From: Candidatus Limimorpha sp.
Lineage (GTDB): Bacteria > Bacteroidota > Bacteroidia > Bacteroidales > F082
NCBI GenBank assembly: GCA_041842265.1
Contig: JBGYWU010000032.1
Coordinates: forward strand, 1 to 38,178
Direction of reading: 5' to 3'
DNA length: 38,178 nt
How positions within the stretch are numbered: position 1 is the first letter of the stretch; each line of letters opens with the position of its first letter. Under the pieces are notes generated by a model. The model saw only the letters and a program-made list of their open reading frames with translations, was not told the origin of the DNA and did not search any database. A program made the position numbers and the translations under genes. This document shows, in pieces, positions 31,338-38,178 of this stretch.

Positions 31338-34106
31338 ATGAAAAAAAACTATTTCTTCCTACTTGCCCTTCTTTTGGGCATAAATTATTTGAATGCCAAT
31401 CCTGTCGACATGGAAAAGGCAAAAGCCGTTGGTCATAAGTTTGTCAGCACAAAATTCAACAAAGAGCTGAAAACCAATAATTTGCAATTGGTTTATACAG
31501 GCGTTTCAAATCGTGGCGAAACCTGTTTCTACGCCTTCAACACAGGCGAGAACGGATTTGTTATCGTTTCGGCCGATGACCGTTTCCGTCCCATAGTGGG
31601 CTATTCCGACGAAAGCCTCTTCGAGACCGAAAACATGTCTCCAGAACTTGCCTTCTATCTTGACAGAATCACCGAAGCACGCACAAGCGGCAATGCAGTC
31701 ATCGACAGCAATACGCCCGCCGAATGGCAAAGCATAATGAAAACCGGACAGCTTCTTTCGCACAACAGAGGCCGAGGTGTGGACTACATATGCACCACCA
31801 AGTGGAACCAAAATTCCCCCTACAACCTATACGCCCCAGAAGCCAGTAGCGGTCCTGGCGGACGTTGCTACGCGGGCTGCGTGGCCACCGCAATGAGCCA
31901 AGTTATGAAACGCTGGGACCATCCCACACAAGGCACTGGAAGCCACGGATACTACAGCAATTACGGATATCTTTCAGCCGACTTCGGCCAAACTTCATAT
32001 AACTGGGAGCACATGCCCGACCGACTCACTGGCGTTACACAAGAAGAGATAGAGGCTGTGGCGCTGCTTATGTATCATTGCGGTGTTGCCGTTGACATGA
32101 ACTTCTCTCCCACCGGCAGTGGCGCCTACTCTTCTGAGGTTCCATATGCCATCAGCCAGTATTTCTCCTACTCCAATCATTCCGTTCTCAAAGAACGGTA
32201 TGAGTATGCGCTCACCGATTGGCAGAATATGCTCAAAGAATCCTTCGACAAAGGCTGGCCTGTGTATTACTCGGGATGCAGCGACTCCGGATGCCACGCC
32301 TTTGTATGTGACGGTTACGACGACAACGACCTGTTCCACTTCAACTGGGGATGGGGAGGCAGCAGCGACGGTTGGTTTGTCATTGACGAAATCGACTACG
32401 CCAGCTGGGCAGAAATTGTTGTCAACTATGTGCCATCCAATGTCTATGAGTTTATGCCCATGCAACCTGACAACTTCACCGTAGTGCCCAGCAACGACTT
32501 AGATTACTCCGCCATTCTCACATGGAACAATCCCACACATAATATCCATTCAGAGGCACTGACCAACATCGACCAAGTTGTCATCACCCGCAACGGCAAG
32601 ATCGTCCACACCGAAGACAATGCCAGTCCCGGAGCCAGCATGAGCTTCACCGACCACTTCATGCCCGCCGTGGCCAACTACAACATTTATGCTGTCGTAA
32701 ACGGTGCCAAAGGTTTGGAATCATACGAAAAAGGCGTTTTGATTGGCCCCTCCTGCCCTTGGACGGTTGAGATGAGCTCTTCCAACCCGCAAGGTTGGAA
32801 AGGCGGAACACTCTCCTTCATCAACGGCGCGGGCAACGAAGTGGCACTTCTCTCGCTCGAATCAGCCCAAGCCACCCAAACCTTCACGCTACCGCTTGGC
32901 CATATCGAGATCCGTTGGCAGAAGCCGCAACAAGCTATTGACGAACTCGAGTTCAAAGTAAAAAACGCAGAAGGTCTGCTCAAAGCGCACTTCAGGGGTT
33001 CTTCCTCTGAAATCCAAAACGGACTGTTTTACATCGCCAACAACACTTGTGTCAATCAAGACGAAGAAATAGGCGGCACCCTACTGACCGCCACCATCGC
33101 AAACGACCAAGTAACACTAACATGGGAGGCCGTCGACAACAGTGTCAACTACCTAGTCTTCCGCGACGGCATTCTTTTCGGTATTACCACCGATACCAGC
33201 TTCGTCGACGAAGACACCAAGGAAACCTTCCACACATACCACGTTACCGCATTCACCTCCACCGGCGAATCCCTCCCTTCAAACACTTGCAGCTACCATC
33301 CTGAATCGCCATGCGTCATCCCGACGAACCTTTATGTGGAAAAAGCCACACCTGTAAAAGCCACACTCGCATGGGACGCTCCTGAAGACGAAACCGTTGC
33401 GGGCTACATGTTATACCGCCGACCGAAAGGTGGAGAGTTCAAGCGCATCAAACTGACCTCCAACACCACATATACAGACAACCTCAGTTCACAGCCCGAT
33501 GGCATATACGAATATGCCGTCACCGCCTATTATCAAGAGACCCAATGCGAATCAGGATATGCATCGGCAGCAGGACATCCTGAGTTGAACTTTGCGGCAT
33601 TCAACAAAACCATCATCCCGCAACACCTCGATTATCTCGTCCATGAAGGCAGAGTCATCCTTCAATGGGAAAAAGGTTCGATGGCCGAAGGATACAATGT
33701 TTACCGAGACGGAGAGCAAATTGCACATGGAGTGAGTGAAAACACATTCGTCGACTATTCGGCCACACCGCAACAAAGCTATCACTACTTCATCACGGGA
33801 CACACCGCCCATATCGAATCCAGCCCCTCCAATGGCGTGTATGTGGATTGGGCCACCGATATTAACGAAAACGCTTCAAACCAGGAAGTCAGCATCTACC
33901 CCAACCCAACCGAGAACACTGTTACTGTTGAAGCAGAAAACCTACGCCAAGTCAGAGTATTCAATATGATGGGGCAAGAGATGAAATGCAAGGCATCATT
34001 CAACGGCGGCATCAACATCGACCTTTCTGAACTTCCCAAAGGATGCTATTTCATAGAGACCACAACCGAACAAGGACGCAGCACCGCCACGATAGTGAAA
34101 TTATAA
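31338..34106 (+). CDS. C10-family (streptopain/interpain-like) cysteine peptidase with pro-domain, FN3-like modules and T9SS C-terminal sorting domain
   Basis: Signal peptide, then a Spi-like pro-domain (FYAFNTGENGFVIVSADDRFRPIVGYS). Catalytic Cys context CYAGCVATAMSQVM and His context GCHAFVCDGYDDNDLFHFNWGWGG. Four FN3-like repeats (for example VTLTWEAVDNSVNYLVFRDG and ATLAWDAPEDETVAGYMLYRR). CTD is IYPNPTENTVTVEA...GCYFIETTT...ATIVKL. Confidence 0.9.
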   Translation: MKKNYFFLLALLLGINYLNANPVDMEKAKAVGHKFVSTKFNKELKTNNLQLVYTGVSNRGETCFYAFNTGENGFVIVSADDRFRPIVGYSDESLFETENMSPELAFYLDRITEARTSGNAVIDSNTPAEWQSIMKTGQLLSHNRGRGVDYICTTKWNQNSPYNLYAPEASSGPGGRCYAGCVATAMSQVMKRWDHPTQGTGSHGYYSNYGYLSADFGQTSYNWEHMPDRLTGVTQEEIEAVALLMYHCGVAVDMNFSPTGSGAYSSEVPYAISQYFSYSNHSVLKERYEYALTDWQNMLKESFDKGWPVYYSGCSDSGCHAFVCDGYDDNDLFHFNWGWGGSSDGWFVIDEIDYASWAEIVVNYVPSNVYEFMPMQPDNFTVVPSNDLDYSAILTWNNPTHNIHSEALTNIDQVVITRNGKIVHTEDNASPGASMSFTDHFMPAVANYNIYAVVNGAKGLESYEKGVLIGPSCPWTVEMSSSNPQGWKGGTLSFINGAGNEVALLSLESAQATQTFTLPLGHIEIRWQKPQQAIDELEFKVKNAEGLLKAHFRGSSSEIQNGLFYIANNTCVNQDEEIGGTLLTATIANDQVTLTWEAVDNSVNYLVFRDGILFGITTDTSFVDEDTKETFHTYHVTAFTSTGESLPSNTCSYHPESPCVIPTNLYVEKATPVKATLAWDAPEDETVAGYMLYRRPKGGEFKRIKLTSNTTYTDNLSSQPDGIYEYAVTAYYQETQCESGYASAAGHPELNFAAFNKTIIPQHLDYLVHEGRVILQWEKGSMAEGYNVYRDGEQIAHGVSENTFVDYSATPQQSYHYFITGHTAHIESSPSNGVYVDWATDINENASNQEVSIYPNPTENTVTVEAENLRQVRVFNMMGQEMKCKASFNGGINIDLSELPKGCYFIETTTEQGRSTATIVKL

Positions 34107-34127
34107 GGACAACATAAACACGTTAAT

Positions 34128-35267
34128 ATGAACTTTTTTTTGAGATTTTCGGCCATTGCGCTGCTGTTGAGCTTCAACGCGACCCACTTCGCCCAAGAAG
34201 CCAAAAAAGAAGAAGCGCCCATCTATCAGATCACAGAAATCGTCAACGTAAAGCATACGCCCGTCGACAACCAAGGAAGTTCGGGCACCTGCTGGTGTTT
34301 TGCCGGCACTGGATTCATCGAAGCTGAAATCCTACGCAAGTACGGCAAGGAAATCAACCTCTCCGAGATGTACTTCGTGCGCTATGCCTGGATGGAGAAG
34401 GTAGAGAAGTACGTACGCATGCATGGCTGCAACATCCTTAGCCAAGGCGGTGAGGTATGCGACGCCCTCTATATGCTCGACCGCTACGGCATGATGCCCG
34501 AAGCCGACTATGAAGGCAAGGTCATCGGCGAAACCAAACACATGCATAATGAGATGAACGAGGTTATCACCAACTTCGCCAAGAGTATCACCAAACGCAG
34601 CAACGGCAGGCTGACCCCCACATGGCAGAAGGCCATGCCTGGCATTTTTGACACCTACCTCGGCGAAGTACCTGAAGGGTTCGCTGTCGACGGCAAGAAA
34701 TACACAGCCAAGTCGTTTGCCGATGCCTATAAACTGAACCTTGACGACTACATCGAAATCACTTCCTTCACACACAAGCCCTACAACAAGCCTTTTGTGG
34801 TTGAGATTCCTGACAACTGGACCTGGACTCCAGCCTACAACGTTGAGTTTAACAAAGTCTTTGAGGCTTTGGACCACGCCCTCGAAAACGGATACACAGT
34901 AGGTTGGGCACAAGACGTCAGCGACAAGGGTTTCTCACGCAAACTTGGCGTAGCCATCGTTCCAGAAGACCCTGAGAATGAAAAACTTTGGGAAGAAATC
35001 GTAAAAGAGAAAACCATCTCCGCCGAAGACCACCAAAAAGCCTATGACAATTGGGAGACCACCGACGACCATTCCATGCTCATCGTTGGCATTGCCAAAG
35101 ACCAAAACGGCACCAAATATTATAAGGTGAAGAACTCATGGGGAGATACAGAGCCTTACAATGGATATTGGTATTGCTCCGAGTCTTTTGTCCGCCTTCA
35201 CACCATCTTCTTTACCCTAAACAAAGACGCACTTCCTAAAGCCATGCGCCAAGATTTGGGAATTTGA
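34128..35267 (+). CDS. secreted C1B-type (PepC/bleomycin-hydrolase-like) cysteine peptidase, paralogue 1
   Basis: Signal peptide MNFFLRFSAIALLLSFNATHFAQ. Catalytic Cys QGSSGTCWCFAG, His DDHSMLIVGIAKD and Asn VKNSWG. It starts 21 nt after the C10 gene stop. Confidence 0.85.
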   Translation: MNFFLRFSAIALLLSFNATHFAQEAKKEEAPIYQITEIVNVKHTPVDNQGSSGTCWCFAGTGFIEAEILRKYGKEINLSEMYFVRYAWMEKVEKYVRMHGCNILSQGGEVCDALYMLDRYGMMPEADYEGKVIGETKHMHNEMNEVITNFAKSITKRSNGRLTPTWQKAMPGIFDTYLGEVPEGFAVDGKKYTAKSFADAYKLNLDDYIEITSFTHKPYNKPFVVEIPDNWTWTPAYNVEFNKVFEALDHALENGYTVGWAQDVSDKGFSRKLGVAIVPEDPENEKLWEEIVKEKTISAEDHQKAYDNWETTDDHSMLIVGIAKDQNGTKYYKVKNSWGDTEPYNGYWYCSESFVRLHTIFFTLNKDALPKAMRQDLGI

Positions 35268-35281
35268 CATTTAAATATTCA

Positions 35282-35289
35282 TATCTTTG
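35282..35289 (+). promoter_or_regulatory. -7 promoter box (TATCTTTG) upstream of the second C1B peptidase gene
   Basis: TAnnTTTG match on the plus strand, 45 nt upstream of ATG 35335. Confidence 0.4.
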
Positions 35290-35334
35290 TCCCAAAATAT
35301 CAAACCATATTTTTTGAACACAAAATTAGTTAAA

Positions 35335-36573
35335 ATGAAATTCAAGCAATTGTTTACCATTGCCGCAATGACACTCAGTGTCAGTGTTATGGCACAACCC
35401 CAAACGCAGAAGTCCGAAGAAAAAAACGAAGGAAGCGAAGGCTTCAGGTTCACCACGGTGAAAGAACTCCCCATCACCTCTGTCAAAGACCAAAACCAAG
35501 CCGGCACTTGTTGGTGCTACAGCTCGCTGGCATTCTTTGAGGCAGAACTGCTCCGTATGGGCAAACCCGAGTATGATTTCTCGGAAATGTTCATCGTGTA
35601 CAAAACCTATCTCGACCGTGCCGAGACCGCTGTCCGTACGCATGGAGACGTTTCTTTCTCGCAAGGCGGCTCCTTCGGCGACGTGCTCTATGCCATCAAG
35701 CATTACGGCCTCGTCCCAGACGAACTGATGCCTGCAGGTGCCATGCACGGTGACTCGCTCTCCAACTTCACCGAGCTCTCCGCGGTCACGGAACCATACG
35801 TGGACGGTGTCATCAAGAGCAGGAAGATACAAATGGACAAGGACGGCAATCCACTTTGGAAGAAAGGTCTCGCCGGCATTTATGACGCCTATCTCGGTGT
35901 GCCTCCGACTGAATTCACCTATAACGGCAAGAAGTACACACCTATGAGCTTCGCCGAATCCATCGGCCTCAATATGGACGACTACGTCAACCTGACCTCT
36001 TTCACCCACCATCCTTTCTACGAACAGTTTGTCATCGAAGTGCAGGACAACTGGCGCTGGGGTCGTGCATGGAACCTCCCCATCGACGAGCTGATGCAGG
36101 TGATGGACAACGCTATTGAAAACGGCTATCCGATTGCCTGGGGTACTGATGTCAGCGAATCCGGCTGGCTACGGGGCGATATGGCAGGCGTGGCCGTGTT
36201 GCCCGATATTGACGCCAAGGCCAAAGACCTGCAAGGAAGTGACATGGCAAGATGGTTAGGCATGAGCGCAGCTGACCGCAAAAAGGAAGCCAACTATAGT
36301 CCCACTCCGCAAAAATGGGTCACCCAGAAGGAACGACAAATCGCCTATGACAACTACGAAACCGGCGACGACCACGGAATGCTCATCTACGGCACCGCCA
36401 AAGACCAAATCGGCAATGAGTATTTCATCGTGAAGAACAGTTGGGGCGATGCCGGCAGCTACAAAGGCATCTGGTATGTCTCCAAGGCTTTCGTCCGCTA
36501 CAAGACCATGAACATCGTAGTCCATAAGGACGCCCTGCCGAAAGACATTGCCAAGAAGCTTGGTGTCAAATAA
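35335..36573 (+). CDS. secreted C1B-type (PepC-like) cysteine peptidase, paralogue 2
   Basis: Start moved to ATG 35335 (MKFKQLFTIAAMTLSVSVMAQ signal peptide). Catalytic Cys QNQAGTCWCYSS, His DDHGMLIYGTAKD and Asn VKNSWGD. Colinear with paralogue 1. Confidence 0.85.
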   Translation: MKFKQLFTIAAMTLSVSVMAQPQTQKSEEKNEGSEGFRFTTVKELPITSVKDQNQAGTCWCYSSLAFFEAELLRMGKPEYDFSEMFIVYKTYLDRAETAVRTHGDVSFSQGGSFGDVLYAIKHYGLVPDELMPAGAMHGDSLSNFTELSAVTEPYVDGVIKSRKIQMDKDGNPLWKKGLAGIYDAYLGVPPTEFTYNGKKYTPMSFAESIGLNMDDYVNLTSFTHHPFYEQFVIEVQDNWRWGRAWNLPIDELMQVMDNAIENGYPIAWGTDVSESGWLRGDMAGVAVLPDIDAKAKDLQGSDMARWLGMSAADRKKEANYSPTPQKWVTQKERQIAYDNYETGDDHGMLIYGTAKDQIGNEYFIVKNSWGDAGSYKGIWYVSKAFVRYKTMNIVVHKDALPKDIAKKLGVK

Positions 36574-36597
36574 TCAAACCCGATGAAACAAATGCAA

Positions 36598-36625
36598 TTA
36601 AGGGAAAGTCAAGACTTTCCCTTAA
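36598..36625 (+). terminator. hairpin after the second C1B peptidase gene (terminator or attenuator)
   Basis: TTAAGGGAAAG - TCAAGA - CTTTCCCTTAA forms a perfect 11-bp stem, followed by TTGTTTCT. Confidence 0.6.
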
Positions 36626-36648
36626 TTGTTTCTACAAAACAAAATAAC

Positions 36649-37836
36649 ATGACGAAAAAGAACATATTGCTTATGGTGCTGATGTGTGGCCTCGTGTCCT
36701 GCATTGCACAAAACCCTAAGGAAATGAAAGAAGAACACTTGACTTACTTTAGTTACGACCACCACAATACGATGGTATGGCATTCCGGAGAGAAATACAA
36801 TGTCAGTACCGAGAAAAACGGCAGGATACACATCGTCATCGACGAAGGTTACCCGGAGGAGAAGGATTTCTATATCGACGACATCTCCATTTTCGACGAA
36901 TTGGATTCCATCATCAAGGCGTTCAAGATGCACAAATGGCATGAAAAATACCATACTAAAACGGAAATCTTCGATGGTGACAGTTGGTCGCTCTATTTCA
37001 AATACGCTTCAGGCAAAAGCAGGGGCTCGGGCGGTTACATGGCCTGGCCCGACAACTACCACGAGGCTCGTAATGCCATCTCAACGTATTTCCAGAAATG
37101 GAGAGACTACCCCATCCAAGCCAAGGAGATCAACCTCTTCCAGTACACCTGCACAAACAAACAAGGACGAGACATTGTGTATCGCCTCGAACACGGCGAG
37201 CAAGAAGCCAAGCTTTTCATCCGCAATGCCGAATACGACACGAACAAGGAAATGGCTGTCAGCAATGACTATTTATCGGAGCTACAAGAGTTGGTCAACA
37301 TATATCGCCTAAAAGACGAGTACAATCGCACTACCGACGACGACAGTGCTTCGGTGTACCGTTTCTTCATTTGCTACAACACAGGCGACACAATCGACTT
37401 CACAAACTACTACACAACATTCGTGAGTGGGCAAACGGCACCTTTTTTGAGCTTTTTCGACCATTGGCTACCCGTTCGCGGTGACCTTGTCGGGTTTGAG
37501 TATAAATTTAGAGTCACGGACTTCCGTGAAATAATATATTACGTCACCAAGGAGGATGAAGGTTTCTCTCTCAGCTTTTATGATGAGAGAGGACAGCATC
37601 GTGAAGGCAAGATGGACAAGGAAGACGTGTCGAAATTACAGAAGTTGTTTGAATCTTTCGGCCTCGACAAAGCCAAGGACGAGTTCAAGGGCAACTCTAC
37701 ATGGCTTCTCTTCACTGATTACGACTCAAAAGACATAGCTCGTTTAGGCGGTCGGGGCGATGACGAAGCCTCGGCAGAGAAAGCGCAACACATTTTTGAC
37801 GCCCTTACGGCGTTCTTTGCGCCTTATCTCCAGTAA
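36649..37836 (+). CDS. lipoprotein of unknown function built from three tandem repeats of about 115 aa
   Basis: Start moved to ATG 36649 (MTKKNILLMVLMCGLVSC lipobox). Three colinear repeats begin LTYFSY, INLFQY and LVGFEY. They share helix blocks IFDELDSIIKAFKM / YLSELQELVNIYRL / VSKLQKLFESFGL and strand blocks SWSLYFKY / VYRFFICY / TWLLFTDY. Confidence 0.7.
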   Translation: MTKKNILLMVLMCGLVSCIAQNPKEMKEEHLTYFSYDHHNTMVWHSGEKYNVSTEKNGRIHIVIDEGYPEEKDFYIDDISIFDELDSIIKAFKMHKWHEKYHTKTEIFDGDSWSLYFKYASGKSRGSGGYMAWPDNYHEARNAISTYFQKWRDYPIQAKEINLFQYTCTNKQGRDIVYRLEHGEQEAKLFIRNAEYDTNKEMAVSNDYLSELQELVNIYRLKDEYNRTTDDDSASVYRFFICYNTGDTIDFTNYYTTFVSGQTAPFLSFFDHWLPVRGDLVGFEYKFRVTDFREIIYYVTKEDEGFSLSFYDERGQHREGKMDKEDVSKLQKLFESFGLDKAKDEFKGNSTWLLFTDYDSKDIARLGGRGDDEASAEKAQHIFDALTAFFAPYLQ

Positions 37837-37838
37837 TC

Positions 37839-38066
37839 TCAGTGTTTGATTTGTTCAAACCCTTTGCCGTAGGCGCCCATCACGGTGTTCATCGTCATGA
37901 AGGCCTTGGGGTCTTCATCTTTCACTATGCGCAGAATCTGCTGCGACTCGCGCTTGTGGGCCACCACCATCAGGATGGGGCCTTCGTGCTTGGTGTACCA
38001 GCCCGTACCGTTGATGAAGGTAACCCCTCGATGCATTTCCTGTTTTCCGCAGATTTTTTTCTGCAA
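37839..38066 (-). CDS. C-terminal DUF2179-type domain of a YitT-family membrane protein (possibly the tail of a disrupted gene)
   Basis: HRGVTFINGTGWYTKHEGPILMVVAHKRESQQILRIVKDEDPKAFMTMNTVMGAYGKGF matches my recollection of the YitT C-terminal domain. An in-frame TAG at 38079-38081 closes the frame upstream, before any membrane domain. Confidence 0.5.
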   Translation of the reverse strand: MQKKICGKQEMHRGVTFINGTGWYTKHEGPILMVVAHKRESQQILRIVKDEDPKAFMTMNTVMGAYGKGFEQIKH

Positions 38067-38178
38067 AAATTTATCTACCTATAAATTAGATGGTTGCCAT
38101 TTTTCAAAGTGGCATTTTGGGTCACCTCGCTCCGTCGCAGAAGCTGATTTTGATGGGGCGATCCACCAAATAGTTCCA

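Noticed and set aside
1-38178. CRISPR arrays, tRNA or rRNA genes, integrases and toxin-antitoxin pairs.
   Set aside because: Intergenic regions are short. The longest are 666-1163, 20047-20274 and 27659-28067. By eye none contains regularly spaced direct repeats, T-loop (GGTTCGAATCC-like) sequences or rRNA-like sequence. This was not verified with tRNAscan or Infernal.

Overview
The window reads as a chromosomal segment of a Bacteroidota genome, probably Bacteroidales and Prevotella-like. Supporting signs are about 50% GC, TAnnTTTG -7 promoter boxes placed just upstream of many start codons, two proteins with T9SS C-terminal sorting domains, and the mutY-ssb-gldE-gldD block. Most of the window is housekeeping: rpmB, class II RNR nrdJ, tatD, hflX, trpS, RNase G, HU, an unannotated 29-aa bS22-like ORF, mutY, ssb, corA, dnaK and 5-formyl-THF cyclo-ligase. 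These are interspersed with envelope and secreted functions: a TonB-dependent receptor, MscS, an exosortase-like membrane protein, a ROK kinase, a T9SS endonuclease I, an M23/LysM peptidase and a GH16-GH20 fusion glycosidase. I found no rRNA, tRNA or CRISPR array by eye. Four regions look accessory. (1) The lower-GC left edge (1-2100) holds an unknown partial ORF, a compound hairpin and two abutting, decayed DNA methyltransferase remnants, one C5 and one DPPY-type. (2) An IS3-family, IS150-group-like element (about 23035-24388) has a clear A AAA AAA G -1 frameshift site. It also has a 5'-shortened orfA, a Gly where I expect the first DDE Asp, no detectable target duplication, and a 48-bp near-perfect palindrome at its left end. 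(3) A GH16 domain is fused to a GH20 hexosaminidase. (4) The best candidate for something undescribed is a co-directional island of three secreted cysteine peptidases followed by a lipoprotein. The peptidases are a T9SS-sorted C10 streptopain-like enzyme and two signal-peptide-bearing C1B PepC-like paralogues. The lipoprotein consists of three tandem repeats of about 115 aa that I cannot assign to any family, and I tentatively suggest it is a cognate inhibitor or partner. All functional calls rest on motif recognition by eye and none was checked against a database.
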